A stretch of 63,584 nt of DNA, filler included, from Candidatus Babelota bacterium (GTDB lineage: Bacteria > JAGOBX01), in the NCBI GenBank assembly GCA_017999075.1. It is 11 parts of 11 records of this genome, joined end to end, with 100 filler letters (N's around TTAATTAATTAA, not from the genome) between each part and the next. Parts side by side here need not be neighbours in the genome. Positions count along the whole stretch, not along the records: positions 29,253 to 34,942 come from JAGOBX010000264.1; positions 35,043 to 40,706 come from JAGOBX010000265.1; positions 40,807 to 46,463 come from JAGOBX010000266.1; 8 more parts are not named here. One strand, given 5' to 3'. The notes beneath the pieces are model-generated. The model saw only the letters and a list, made by a program, of their open reading frames with translations, ran no database searches and was not told the DNA's origin. Shown here piece after piece: positions 31,098-42,240 of this stretch; position 1 is the stretch's first letter; each line of letters opens with the position of its first letter. The position numbers were made by a program, and so were the translations under genes.

Positions 31098-33320
31098 TTA
31101 TTTAAGTTTTATTCTCGCAATTTCTTTTGTCATATCATATCCTTGAGTCTGTAAAAATTCAAATTCATCTATCATATAACCGTATTCTTTATTATCATAA
31201 TATATCTGCAATATTTTAGATTGATCCCATGAATTTTTTTCAAGCTGTTCAAGTAAATTCAAAGGTGGAATTTTTATTTTCTGTTCTATAGTATTAATTT
31301 TATATAAAAACGAGCCGTATTTAAAATATTCAAGAGAAACATATTTTTTCCAGAATTTATCAAAAATATCCCTATCTTTATTATTCCAATAAAAAGTCCT
31401 GTAAGATGGGTTTATTCGCATCGCTTCCCAATAATTAATCAATAAATGAGTGATACGGTTATTTTTAAATTCATTAAGCAATTCTTTCTCATCAGAAGAA
31501 TTTTTTATAAATTCCATGAGCGGCTGTTTATTAAGTTCTAATGAATAACTTATAAAATCAATGTTTAAATAATACGCCCTGCTTTCACCTGCAATCATAA
31601 TTTTAGAATTTTTATCAAGATTCGCATTTGCCCACAATATCGTTTTATAGGAATATCTTGGATATAATATTTTCGGCGTAGAAAGGTAATCTTCTTTTGA
31701 AATTTTTCTTTGAAAATATCCGGTTAAATCCAGACTGTCGTACATCTGAATATTATTAATAAAAAAACTTAAAAATATTATAAAAACAAGACTCCAGCTT
31801 ATAATACGGTTATAAAGAGCAGCATAGCAAATACAGTAGCTTAAAATAATCGAAAAAATTATAAATGCCGGAATTAAAAACCTGTACTGCGGAGTTCCCA
31901 TATACCATAATATATAAGATATTATAAATCCTGCAGTAAGTAAAATAATCTTTTTTTCACGCGTAAAAAAAGGAATTATCAAAAAGGGAAAAAACACCAG
32001 AAAATGAATTCCTATCTCATCTCCTGTCATTGTAAGATCCCATAATGATAACAGCAGCTTTTTCATATCAAAATTATAAACGTTTAATGCCATATTGAAA
32101 AAATTTCCGCCGCCAAGCTGAATAAGATTATCCCCGCCGAAATATTTACATAAAAACGGATAAACGGGATTCCCGGTAAAAATAAAATTTTTTATCAACC
32201 ATATTGATATTATTAAAAAAATTACAGCAGATGATTTTAAAATAAAAGAAAAGCATGTTTTAAGCTGATATTTTCTTGATATATAAATTACAATTGCAGC
32301 AAATAATCCTGCTACAGAAAAAACAGTTGTGTATTTTATGCTTAAAGTCAATCCTAAAAAAACAGAACTAACATATATAAATTTTATGTTTTTCCCATAA
32401 AACAAATTTAATGCAGATGCCACAGCAGCTGCAAAAAATAATGCGGATGCCACGTCGTTTCCGCTATGCCATGAATTATAAGAAACAATTGGAAGAGAAT
32501 AATATAATAAAACCGAAATTAATCCCGAATGTTTTATTCTGATATTTTTTGAAACAACCGAATATAAAAGTATTACAGTTAATATTCCCATACTGAAATG
32601 AAGAAGTTTCGCGGCAGTTTCATCGCCCTGAATCAAAGTTACCAAATACAGCATTTGCTGGGTTGAAGGAAAATTTGAATGTGCAATATACGGTATCTCA
32701 AAAATTTTATGGTGCATTAAATATAATTTTGGTACTGCAAGATGATAAACAAGCGCATCATAAAAAATTTCCGGCGAATAAGACATTATCAAATTTAATA
32801 AAAAAAAAAGAAAAAAAACAATTACTGCGGATATTGATAAAAGATCGAATTTAAATCTGATAACAGGCTTAAAATTTTGTATAGGAAATTTCCATAAACA
32901 AAGGATAAAAACAATTAAGAAAAATATTGTCATCGGAATTTTATACAACAATCCGGCAAATCCTGAAATTAAAATAAAATATGCTATAATTCCAAATCCT
33001 GAAATTATTCTGAAAATATTTTTTTCAATACAGGTCAATTCGTCTTCAACATCAAAAATTTTAAACAATATCCCGCCTATTCTATATGATATGACATACA
33101 AAATAAAAAGTATTGCAGCAGATGTTGCATTTCTTATGATTAATAAAAAAGTATCAGGCAATAATATTATTATATTTGAAATATATTTTACGGGACTTCC
33201 AAAACTTCTGAAATTCAAATAAGTCTTAAATGAAGTATAAAACCAAAAAAGAAAAAAAAATATTCCTGTTAAATAAAATAAATTAAACAATCTTTTTTTC
33301 AAACAAAGTTTATGTTCCAT
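31098..33320 (-). CDS. Multi-pass GT-C fold (ArnT/PMT-like) glycosyltransferase
   Basis: Many TM helices; YDALVYHL.VP, SNFP, IKY, WLIKN..TGNPVYPF, YRFLIP. Confidence 0.72.
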   Translation of the reverse strand: MEHKLCLKKRLFNLFYLTGIFFFLFWFYTSFKTYLNFRSFGSPVKYISNIIILLPDTFLLIIRNATSAAILFILYVISYRIGGILFKIFDVEDELTCIEKNIFRIISGFGIIAYFILISGFAGLLYKIPMTIFFLIVFILCLWKFPIQNFKPVIRFKFDLLSISAVIVFFLFFLLNLIMSYSPEIFYDALVYHLAVPKLYLMHHKIFEIPYIAHSNFPSTQQMLYLVTLIQGDETAAKLLHFSMGILTVILLYSVVSKNIRIKHSGLISVLLYYSLPIVSYNSWHSGNDVASALFFAAAVASALNLFYGKNIKFIYVSSVFLGLTLSIKYTTVFSVAGLFAAIVIYISRKYQLKTCFSFILKSSAVIFLIISIWLIKNFIFTGNPVYPFLCKYFGGDNLIQLGGGNFFNMALNVYNFDMKKLLLSLWDLTMTGDEIGIHFLVFFPFLIIPFFTREKKIILLTAGFIISYILWYMGTPQYRFLIPAFIIFSIILSYCICYAALYNRIISWSLVFIIFLSFFINNIQMYDSLDLTGYFQRKISKEDYLSTPKILYPRYSYKTILWANANLDKNSKIMIAGESRAYYLNIDFISYSLELNKQPLMEFIKNSSDEKELLNEFKNNRITHLLINYWEAMRINPSYRTFYWNNKDRDIFDKFWKKYVSLEYFKYGSFLYKINTIEQKIKIPPLNLLEQLEKNSWDQSKILQIYYDNKEYGYMIDEFEFLQTQGYDMTKEIARIKLK

Positions 33321-33323
33321 TAC

Positions 33324-34942
33324 TTAAAATTTAAACATTTTTTCGAATAAAATAAAATGTTCTGCTTCCTTATCTTTTTCAATAGAAGGCGAATACCTGT
33401 ATTTAAAAAAAGCATTTTTTTTCAAATTGTATTTTGCTTCAAGTTCAGACTGCCAGCCTGTTTTAATATCATTTGATAATACAGAATTCTGATTAACATT
33501 AACTACTTTCCCGCGATATTCAAAATACAAATCTTTAAACAGATATTTCCCTACTGAAACAGAAGTATTCAACAATAAATTATGTGACATTTTTTCAGAA
33601 TCAGAAGATTCGTTGCTTTTTACAATATTTTCGACAAACGGAGCATTTAAATTGAAATATAATTTAAAATCTTTTAATAGCCTCTCTTCAATAGGTTTTC
33701 CTATAATAGCACTTATATTGCTGTCAACAAATTTATATACTCCATAATCATTTTCAGCGTCTACTGTTCTCCCGGTTGCAGTCAATGTTCCGATAGTTCC
33801 TATTCTTACAATTTTAAGAACCTCTTCTTGTGTAAGTTCAGGACGCGATGGAGCTCTGAATATAGGATTAAATTTATCAACAGGTCCTGAATAATTCAAT
33901 TTTATTTCAAGCCCGTCTATTAAAGTTCCGCATTCTCCGGTTACTACTGGTATTCCAGCTTCGCTGTTAACAATCATTTCCGCCAAAACAAGATCGAATT
34001 TTCTGTTTAAATAAGGAACCTTGCCGGCATGCGCTGATAAAAATCCTTTTACAGAAATATCAAATTTGGTACCTTTAAAATATAAACTTGCTCCTTTATC
34101 CAACTCAATTTCAACTGTAAGATACTTATATCTTACATTTTCTCTTATATGCACATTGGCATCCCAAAAAGGATATATTCCTTCAGGATTAAATTTTGAA
34201 GATTTCTGCGGTTTTATAGGAGGATAAGTAAATTGAGCGTTGCTTACAAAAGCATCTCCTTTAACAACAGGTTTTCTTATAGTTCCAATCAATTTCCCTT
34301 TAATATCAGCCTGAGCTGTAAGTTCAACTTCCGGAACTTCTACAAAAATTTTAGTTGCAAACAAATTCACATTAAGATTATTAATATTAGAACCTGTATC
34401 ACTCGTTAATAAAACATATCCTTTGTAATTGTCTCCTTTTATATTATCAAAATACACTTCATTATTATTTATTTTTATACTTCCATTTATATTTTTTATT
34501 TCTTTAACATAATCTGTCAAATACAAATTTACGTTTTTCAATATAAGCTCTGCATTAATTACAGGATTATCTATAGTATTTTCAATCTCAATATAAAATG
34601 ATCCTGTTCCATCAATTTTCCTCAAAATATCAGTATAATAAGCAAGAGTTGACAAATCACTTGATAATTGGGTATATTTAAATTTAATTTTTTTCGAAGA
34701 TAAATCATAAAATCCGTTTACTGTAGCTATATTTTTCCCATTTTTTAAAAGATAAATATTTTTCGTATAAAAAGAAGAATGGTTTTTTCCTATGTAAACA
34801 TTCCCTTTTAATCCCCAGCAATTCATGTCAGGATCAATAAAAATAAGGTTATTATTATTAAAATTAAGTTTTAAACAAACAGTATCTAAATCAGAATTAT
34901 TCACTGAAATATCATTTGAATAAACAGAACAGTTTGCATTAC
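33324..34942 (-). CDS. tamB: TamB/AsmA-family (DUF490) protein, C-terminal part, 5'-truncated
   Basis: G.I..P.V.G beta repeats, S.P.LTQEEVL, VSVGKYL..DLY; C-terminal F. Frame open to the contig edge. Confidence 0.75.
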
Positions 34943-35042
34943 NNNNNNNNNNNNNNNNNNNNNNNNNNNNNNNNNNNNNNNNNNNNTTAATTAATTAANN
35001 NNNNNNNNNNNNNNNNNNNNNNNNNNNNNNNNNNNNNNNNNN
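34943..35042. other. Artificial contig spacer
   Basis: N44-TTAATTAATTAA-N44. Confidence 0.99.
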
Positions 35043-35468
35043 TGTGAAATTATCTGTAATTTTAAAAAGAATTTCTTTTTCCAGATTTTTATATTTATTG
35101 TCATTAGAATTATATAAAGTTAAGAGATATTTGTTTGATTCAGAATAATTTTTTTGTTTTTTTTTAATATCTCCAAGATGATATAAAATTAGGGGTTTGA
35201 GCAGTTTTGATGTTTTTAAAATATCTTTTAATATTACTTCGCTATTGGATAATTCATTGATATTCTTAAAACATAGCGCAAGAAGAAATTTTTCTTTTGG
35301 TTTGAGATTATTGGGGTTTTCGTTTAATTCAGTTATTGCATTAAGATATTTTTTGTTGAAAAAATTCAAACTTGCGGAATTTGTAAGGTTATTAGTATCT
35401 GAAAAAGCTGAGGTTTTAATTAATAATAATATAAAAAAAATTTTTAGAGTTAATCGGGAATAATGCAT
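35043..35468 (-). CDS. Exported TPR-like protein, 3'-truncated
   Basis: Signal peptide (AFS/D); helical FLLALCF and LYHLGDI repeats. Confidence 0.5.
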
Positions 35469-35542
35469 TTGCAGGTATTGTATTATATATTATATTCGTT
35501 TTTAAATTCAGGCTGGAAAATTATAAAAATAAAATTACAGAT

Positions 35543-35893
35543 TTAAATTATTTTTTTTTCGATGTCAGTTATACGTACTATTTCTGTAATCCGCACTCCG
35601 AATTTGTCGTCTATAATTACTACTTCTCCTTTAGCTATCAATTCTCCGTCAACATATATATCTACGGATTCGCCTGCCTGTTTATTCAATTCAATTACTT
35701 CGCTTATATCCAGTTCGAGTATTTCACGCAAAGTCATTTTTGTTTTTCCGAGTTCGACTACGATTTCTTTAGGCAAATCAACATACATGCTGATGTCCCT
35801 GTTAGAAAATTCCATAGTAGAATCACTAATTGGCGCGAATTCAACCGGGGTAACTAATTTTTTGTCATCTTCATTTTTGAGTATAGTTACCAT
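35543..35893 (-). CDS. fliN: Flagellar motor switch protein FliN
   Basis: VELGKTKM, VIEL.K.AGE.VDI, IAKGEVV..DDKFGVRITEI; GGAGG RBS. Confidence 0.92.
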   Translation of the reverse strand: MVTILKNEDDKKLVTPVEFAPISDSTMEFSNRDISMYVDLPKEIVVELGKTKMTLREILELDISEVIELNKQAGESVDIYVDGELIAKGEVVIIDDKFGVRITEIVRITDIEKKII

Positions 35894-35923
35894 AATTCCT
35901 CCAAACTTAAAAAATCTTTTTAT

Positions 35924-35952
35924 ATTTTAACTGAATAAAATTATTATGTCAA
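35924..35952 (-). promoter_or_regulatory. sigma70-type promoter for fliN
   Basis: Minus strand TTGACA-17 nt-TAAAAT between the uvrA stop and the fliN start. Confidence 0.65.
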
Positions 35953-35957
35953 GCAAA

Positions 35958-38801
35958 TTATTTTTGTGACAAGATTTTTTTTAAATATTGTCCGGTATAA
36001 GAATTTTTTGTGGCGGCAATTTCTTCCGGAGTGCCTGTTTTTATTATTTTCCCGCCGGCATCGCCTCCGTCAGGGCCTAAATCAATTATGTGATCTGCAG
36101 TTTTAACAACATCGAGATTATGTTCAATAACTAAAACGGTATTCCCTCCGGATGTTAAACGATTTAATACATCAAGAAGTTTTTTTATGTCATCGAAATG
36201 AAGGCCTGTTGTTGGTTCATCCAGTATATAAAAAGTTTTGCCGGTAGATTTTTTTAAAAGTTCGCCTGCGAGCTTTATTCGCTGCGCTTCGCCGCCTGAT
36301 AATGTTGGTGCTGATTGTCCTAATTTGATATAACCAAGACCTACATCATGCATAACTGACAACTTATGTTTTATTGAAGGAATTTTATCGAAAAATTCCA
36401 GAGCCTGATTTACGCTCATATTTAAAACATCATATATATTTTTATCCTTATATTTGACTTCGAGTGTTTCGGAATTGAATCTTTTTCCTGAACATACCTC
36501 ACACTGAATAAAAACATCACTTAAAAAATGCATTTCAATTTTTATTACACCATCTCCCTGACATGATTCGCATCGCCCGCCTTTTACATTGAAAGAAAAC
36601 CTTCCTGGAGAATATCCTCTGATTTTAGATTCAGGAGTTGAAGCGAACAGCATACGTATGTCATTAAATAAACTTGTGTAAGTTGCAGGGTTAGACCTTG
36701 GAGTTCTGCCTATTGGATCTTGCGTTATGTTAATTACCTTGTCTATTAAATCAAGATTTTTTATTTCTTGATGTTCTCCTGGTTTTATTTTGGTTTTAAA
36801 AAAATGACGATGCAGAGATTTGTAGAGGATTTCATTTATTAAAGTTGATTTTCCTGAACCGGAAACTCCAGTAACGCAGACTAATAATCCGAGCGGAATT
36901 TTTACATTTATGTTTTTCAAATTATTTTCTTTAGCTCCGATTATTTCAATATATTTTTTCGGATCTTCAATTCTTCTTGTTTCAGGAATTTTTATTTCAA
37001 GTTCCCGCCGTAAATATTTTGCAGTTAAAGAATTTTGTGATTTTAATATTTCATCAGGTGTTCCAATAGCAACTATTTCTCCTCCATAAATTCCGGCTCC
37101 TGGACCTAAGTCCACAACATAATCCGCAGATCTGATCGTTTCTTCGTCGTGTTCCACAACTATTACCGTATTCCCGAGATTTTTTAAGTCAATAAGAGTT
37201 TTTAATAATTTTTCATTGTCGCGCTGATGCAATCCTATGCTGGGTTCATCAAGAACATACAGTACCCCGACAAGACCGGAACCTACTTGAGTTGCGAGTC
37301 TGATTCTCTGACTTTCTCCTCCTGATAAAGTTGTTGCAGTACGGTTAAGAGTTAGATAACCTAATCCTACATTAAGCAGGAATTTTAATCTGCAGGAGAT
37401 TTCCTTTAAAAGCTGTTCAGCTATTTTTTTTTTTTCGCCTTTAAATTTCAGTTTACTGAAATAATCGTAACAAGCTGATACGGATAAATTACCAATTTGA
37501 TATATGTTGTAAGCTCTGGTGCCTGAATCATCAGATTCAAGAGTTACAGATAGAGATTCATTTTTTAACCGTGCTCCTTCGCAGTCAGGACATACTTTTT
37601 CACTCATAAAATTTTTATAGAATTCTCTTGCTCCGTCAGAATCTGTTTGATTATATCTTCTGAAAAGCATTGGGATAATTCCTTCCCATTTGCCTGAAAA
37701 TTTAAAATCCATGCGTTCGCTTTTAAATTCTTTCATTATTTTTTCGCCTTCTGAACCATATAGAATAATTTTCTGTGTTTCTTCCGGCAAATCTTTGAAT
37801 GGAATGGAAGTTGAAAAATTATAATGTTTTGCAAGAGATCTTAACTCCTGACGGAACATGCTGTTAGCTGAATTATGAATAAGTATAGCTCCGTCTTCAA
37901 TACTTTTATTTTTATCAGGAATAATTAAATCAGTATCGAAAATATATTGTTTGCCAAGACCATGACATGTGTTACATGCGCCATATGGATTGTTAAATGA
38001 AAAATTGCGGGGGGCAAGAGGTTTATAACTTATACCGCATTTTAAACAAGTTAATTGTTCACTGAATATTCGCGAGCCTTTTCCAGGAACCTCTATTTCT
38101 ATAAGTCCTGAACTTAAATGCAGTGATGTTTCTACTGATTCTGTTATTCGGCTTTTAATATTATTTTTCATTACAAGTCTGTCAACAATAACGTATATTG
38201 AATGTTTGATGTTTTTTTTTAGTTCAATTTTTTCTTCAAGCATATAATCTTTTCCATCAACTCTGACCCTTACAAATCCTTTGTTTCTGAGGTTTTCAAA
38301 CAATGATTGATATTCTCCTTTCCTGGAAAGCACTACAGGAGACAGAACTATAAATTTTTCATTTTCATTGATGATTTCATGGATTTCTGATACTATCTGA
38401 TCTACTGTTACTGATTTTATAATATCCCCGCATTTATAACAGCGGATTGTTCCAAGTCTTGCAAATAACACTCTTAAATAGTCATATATTTCTGTTATTG
38501 TACCTACAGTGGAACGAGGGTTTCTTCCTGCCCCTTTCTGTTCAATTGATATGGCCGGGGATAAACCGGTAATTGATTCTACGGCAGGTTTATTCATTTG
38601 CCCTAAAAATTGTCTGGCATAAGAAGAAAGCGATTCAATATATCTGCGCTGCCCTTCGGCATAAATAGTGTCAAAGGCTAATGTGGATTTTCCGGAACCG
38701 CTTAACCCGGTGATAACGACCATTTGTTCTCGTGGTATTTTTAGCGAAATATTTTTCAAATTATGTTCGTGAGCATTTTTAATTTCAATATAAGTTTTCA
38801 T
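35958..38801 (-). CDS. uvrA: Excinuclease ABC subunit A
   Basis: [21 protein letters not shown], zinc fingers, [33 protein letters not shown]. Confidence 0.98.
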   Translation of the reverse strand: MKTYIEIKNAHEHNLKNISLKIPREQMVVITGLSGSGKSTLAFDTIYAEGQRRYIESLSSYARQFLGQMNKPAVESITGLSPAISIEQKGAGRNPRSTVGTITEIYDYLRVLFARLGTIRCYKCGDIIKSVTVDQIVSEIHEIINENEKFIVLSPVVLSRKGEYQSLFENLRNKGFVRVRVDGKDYMLEEKIELKKNIKHSIYVIVDRLVMKNNIKSRITESVETSLHLSSGLIEIEVPGKGSRIFSEQLTCLKCGISYKPLAPRNFSFNNPYGACNTCHGLGKQYIFDTDLIIPDKNKSIEDGAILIHNSANSMFRQELRSLAKHYNFSTSIPFKDLPEETQKIILYGSEGEKIMKEFKSERMDFKFSGKWEGIIPMLFRRYNQTDSDGAREFYKNFMSEKVCPDCEGARLKNESLSVTLESDDSGTRAYNIYQIGNLSVSACYDYFSKLKFKGEKKKIAEQLLKEISCRLKFLLNVGLGYLTLNRTATTLSGGESQRIRLATQVGSGLVGVLYVLDEPSIGLHQRDNEKLLKTLIDLKNLGNTVIVVEHDEETIRSADYVVDLGPGAGIYGGEIVAIGTPDEILKSQNSLTAKYLRRELEIKIPETRRIEDPKKYIEIIGAKENNLKNINVKIPLGLLVCVTGVSGSGKSTLINEILYKSLHRHFFKTKIKPGEHQEIKNLDLIDKVINITQDPIGRTPRSNPATYTSLFNDIRMLFASTPESKIRGYSPGRFSFNVKGGRCESCQGDGVIKIEMHFLSDVFIQCEVCSGKRFNSETLEVKYKDKNIYDVLNMSVNQALEFFDKIPSIKHKLSVMHDVGLGYIKLGQSAPTLSGGEAQRIKLAGELLKKSTGKTFYILDEPTTGLHFDDIKKLLDVLNRLTSGGNTVLVIEHNLDVVKTADHIIDLGPDGGDAGGKIIKTGTPEEIAATKNSYTGQYLKKILSQK

Positions 38802-38804
38802 AGT

Positions 38805-40127
38805 TTATTTTTTATTTTTAAGATTCTCCCAAAATTCTATTCGTTTAATAATTTCTTTTTCAAATCCGAAATTTGACGGACTATAAAAACGAGAATTACT
38901 AATTCCTTCAGGAAAATAATTTTCATCAACAAAATTATATTTATAATCAAAAGGATATTTGTAGTTATTTGAATATCCCATTTGTTTCATCATTTTAGTA
39001 GGAGCATTGCAAATGTGAAGAGGAACCGATCTATAGCCGTCTTCAGCAATAAATTTTTTTGCCGAATTATATGCCATATAAACTGAATTGCTTTTAGGAG
39101 CAGACGCCAGATAAATTACTGCTTCAATTATAGCCAATTCTCCTTCAGGAGAACCGAGCATTTTGTAAACGTTATAGGCATTCAAAGCTACTGTCATGGC
39201 ATTAGTATCCGCTACTCCGATATCTTCTGAAGACATTCTGATAAGCCTTCTTGCTAAATACAAAGGATCTTCCCCTGATTCAAGCATTCTCACACACCAA
39301 TAAATTGAAGCATTAACATCAGATCCTCTAAGTGATTTATGCAATGCTGAAATAATATTGTAATGTTCTTCGCCTGTTTTATCGTAATTCATAAATACTG
39401 TCTGCATTGCATCCGAAAGTTCAGTTTTGCTTATAATTTTAGTGTTTTGAGCGATTGCATTTATAAATGATGTTTCAAGAATATTAAGCGCTTGCCTGCC
39501 GTCTCCATTTACGGAATTTTTCAGTATATCTATGCAGTCTTCAGAAACTTCGATATCGGCAAGTAAATGATTCCATTCATTTTTTTTTAATACTGCATTT
39601 CTTAGGATTTTTTCAATATCGTCAACAGTTAATGGATATAACTTCAAAACTTTTAGACGCGACAATAGTTGCGAATTTATTTCGAATGAAGGATTTTCAG
39701 TAGTTGCACTTATTAAATATATGGTCCCTGTTTCAACATATGGTAAAAACAAATCTTGCTGGTTTTTATTGAATCTATGTATTTCATCAATAAATAGAAT
39801 TGTCTTTATATTATTTTTTTTTTCATATTCTGCTGTTTCGAATATTTCTTTTAAACTTTTTGTGGAGGCGTTAACGCTGTTTAACATTATAATTTTTGAA
39901 TTTGTAGTTCTGGCTATTATATTTGCTAAAGTTGTTTTGCCTGAACCTGGAGGTCCCCAGAACAAATAAGACTGGATTTTGTCTGATAATATGGCATTAT
40001 ATAGAATTTTATTTTTTTTGACAAGATGTCCTTGTCCCACAAAATCTTCTAATTTGTCAGGACGCAGAAATTGAGCTAAAGGAATAAAAAAATCAGAATT
40101 CTGTTTTGCCGGAGAATCATTCATCAC
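38805..40127 (-). CDS. rarA: Replication-associated recombination protein A (MgsA/RarA)
   Basis: PLA..LRP, WGPPGSGKTT, DEIHRFNK.QQD, TTENPSF, ISALHKSLRGSD, SEDIG, PKSN. Confidence 0.95.
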   Translation of the reverse strand: MMNDSPAKQNSDFFIPLAQFLRPDKLEDFVGQGHLVKKNKILYNAILSDKIQSYLFWGPPGSGKTTLANIIARTTNSKIIMLNSVNASTKSLKEIFETAEYEKKNNIKTILFIDEIHRFNKNQQDLFLPYVETGTIYLISATTENPSFEINSQLLSRLKVLKLYPLTVDDIEKILRNAVLKKNEWNHLLADIEVSEDCIDILKNSVNGDGRQALNILETSFINAIAQNTKIISKTELSDAMQTVFMNYDKTGEEHYNIISALHKSLRGSDVNASIYWCVRMLESGEDPLYLARRLIRMSSEDIGVADTNAMTVALNAYNVYKMLGSPEGELAIIEAVIYLASAPKSNSVYMAYNSAKKFIAEDGYRSVPLHICNAPTKMMKQMGYSNNYKYPFDYKYNFVDENYFPEGISNSRFYSPSNFGFEKEIIKRIEFWENLKNKK

Positions 40128-40501
40128 TTAATGGTTTTTAAAATATCAGATACAGTTGATTTAAATATGGAAATATTTATGGGTTTTTCAAGCATTTGAA
40201 CTCCGAACTGCTGAATTTCCGAGAGTTCTTTTATATCTTCAATAAAATCTCCTGTTATTAAAATACATTTTATGTTTTTCTGGGCGCATTTTTTGATTAT
40301 GTCTACCCCTGTTAAATTACTGTTATCATAATGCAAATCTATTATTGCTAAACTTATTGAATTTAATTGTTCAAGAGCTTCTATTGCTGTCTCAGGATTT
40401 TTTGCCACTACATAATTTTTATCAAAATTTGATAGGGCATTAAGCATCATAGTTCTTGAATTAGGACAATCGTCGCTTAATAATATAAAATATTCTTTCA
40501 C
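40124..40501 (-). CDS. Single-domain response regulator receiver (CheY-like)
   Basis: GTG start with AAAGGAG RBS; DD, phospho-Asp in IIDL, ITG, EKP. Confidence 0.8.
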   Translation of the reverse strand: MKEYFILLSDDCPNSRTMMLNALSNFDKNYVVAKNPETAIEALEQLNSISLAIIDLHYDNSNLTGVDIIKKCAQKNIKCILITGDFIEDIKELSEIQQFGVQMLEKPINISIFKSTVSDILKTIK

Positions 40502-40536
40502 TGAAATTCTCCTTTGAGACAGTATATTATCTTTTT

Positions 40537-40565
40537 ATTATACAAAAAATAAATAAATACGTCAA
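40537..40565 (-). promoter_or_regulatory. sigma70-type promoter for the receiver-rarA-uvrA operon
   Basis: Minus strand TTGACG-17 nt-TATAAT. Confidence 0.65.
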
Positions 40566-40706
40566 GCATATTTTCCTTGTAATTTTTTTTACTTGTATTA
40601 AAATTAAGTTTTAATATAAATCATTTTTTTTTTTTTTTTTTAGGATTTAATTAAATTAATTTAATTTTATTTTTAAAACTGAATTTGGGAATATTAGGGA
40701 ATATTA

Positions 40707-40806
40707 NNNNNNNNNNNNNNNNNNNNNNNNNNNNNNNNNNNNNNNNNNNNTTAATTAATTAANNNNNNNNNNNNNNNNNNNNNNNNNNNNNNNNNNNNNN
40801 NNNNNN
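40707..40806. other. Artificial contig spacer
   Basis: N44-TTAATTAATTAA-N44. Confidence 0.99.
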
Positions 40807-40807
40807 G

Positions 40808-40957
40808 ATTGAAATGGGATTTGATTCATTAATGCTTGTGAATCTTATGAATAAATTATCGGAATGTTTCAGTATGGAAATGACAATTGCCGTGTTCTAT
40901 GAGTTTGAAACGGTAAATAAACTCACTGATTACTTTTTTATAAAACTAAATAAATGA
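40808..40957 (+). CDS. C-terminal PKS-type acyl carrier domain, 5'-truncated (not in ORF track)
   Basis: Reads IEMGFDSLMLVNLMNKLSECFSMEMTIAVFYEFETVNKLTDYFFIKLNK*; GxDSL phosphopantetheine motif and FYE..TV..L helix; its stop overlaps the next ATG (ATGA). Confidence 0.8.
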   Translation: MEMGFDSLMLVNLMNKLSECFSMEMTIAVFYEFETVNKLTDYFFIKLNK

Positions 40958-42120
40958 AAGAGGAATTTATGAAAAAAAAAGTTTGTATTTTAACTTCTAT
41001 GCTTTTATGTGAAGGTAATTCTTACCTCAGTTCGCGGTTATATAAATATTTTATAATGAATGATTACGAAATAGTATCTGAAGCTCCCGGAACAGAAGCA
41101 GTTATAGTAAATACCTGTATATTTGACGAAAAACGCGAAAAAGACGCTTTTGATTTAATTAATAATATTGTGAATAATGCAGAAAAAAATCAAAAAATAA
41201 TTATTATAGGCTGCCTTGCAAATATGGAAAAAAGATTGCCTTCAAGCGATAAATATATAAAGATAGGATTAGCTGAGGGAAATAAATTTGATGAGATATT
41301 TAAGCCTGCAATACCGTATAGTGATATTCTAATAGAAACTGTTAACCCGAAATATGCAAATACTGCATACGCATTGCTTGACCATTTTTATCTGAAACTT
41401 GGTTACGGATGCGCTAACAAATGCTCATACTGCATTATCCGCGTGGCAAAAGGAATGGTAAAAAGTGAACCAATCAAAAAAGTTCTTTCTGATTTTGAAA
41501 CTGGATTAAAAATGGGTCATAAAAAATTTATACTGCTTATTGACGATATTGGAAGTTATGGAATAGACATAGGAACTAATTTTGCCGAACTTTTAAATGA
41601 AATGCTTGCATATAAAGAATATAATTTTCAGTTATCAATGTATTATATTTTTCCGGGTCACTTTTTGAGGCTATTTGATAAAATAAATAAAGAAATATTT
41701 TTATATATGAGATTAATAAATATACCGCTTCAATCAACTTCTCAGCGCATATTGAAAATGATGAACAGAAATTACGATGTGAAAAAAGTGTTGGAATTAG
41801 TTGAAAAAATAAAAACATTTAATCCTTCAATAAAATTCAGAACTCATATAATGTATGGTTTTCCTACAGAAACCCGTGAAGAGTTTGAAAAATCATTTGA
41901 AATTTTGCCTGAATATTTTGATGAAAGTTATTTTTTTTGCTATTCAGATAAAGAAGGAACTGAATCAATTAATTATGATGGGAAAATAAGCAATGATGAA
42001 AAAATTTCAAGAACTCAATATGTATGTGACTATTTTAAGAAAAACAAGAAAATACTTTTGGGTTATTATTGGGCTGATACAAGTTATGAAGCATTGGCAA
42101 AAGTAATAGGAATAAAGTAG
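40954..42120 (+). CDS. MiaB/RimO-like (methylthiotransferase family) radical SAM protein lacking a TRAM domain
   Basis: UPF0004 cysteines (LCEGN, NTCIF, IGCLA), CANKCSYC, DIGSYG.D, IPLQS.S.RILK.MNR, GFPTETREEF. Alternative start at 40969. Confidence 0.85.
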   Translation: MKEEFMKKKVCILTSMLLCEGNSYLSSRLYKYFIMNDYEIVSEAPGTEAVIVNTCIFDEKREKDAFDLINNIVNNAEKNQKIIIIGCLANMEKRLPSSDKYIKIGLAEGNKFDEIFKPAIPYSDILIETVNPKYANTAYALLDHFYLKLGYGCANKCSYCIIRVAKGMVKSEPIKKVLSDFETGLKMGHKKFILLIDDIGSYGIDIGTNFAELLNEMLAYKEYNFQLSMYYIFPGHFLRLFDKINKEIFLYMRLINIPLQSTSQRILKMMNRNYDVKKVLELVEKIKTFNPSIKFRTHIMYGFPTETREEFEKSFEILPEYFDESYFFCYSDKEGTESINYDGKISNDEKISRTQYVCDYFKKNKKILLGYYWADTSYEALAKVIGIK

Positions 42121-42240
42121 TCAGAATATAATTTTTCTAAAAACGTTCTGATTAAATCAAAAAATACTGCTTAAAAATATTATATAATTTCAAAATAGTT
42201 TTCCTGAATAAATCAATAATATATTTTGGAAATTAAGAAT

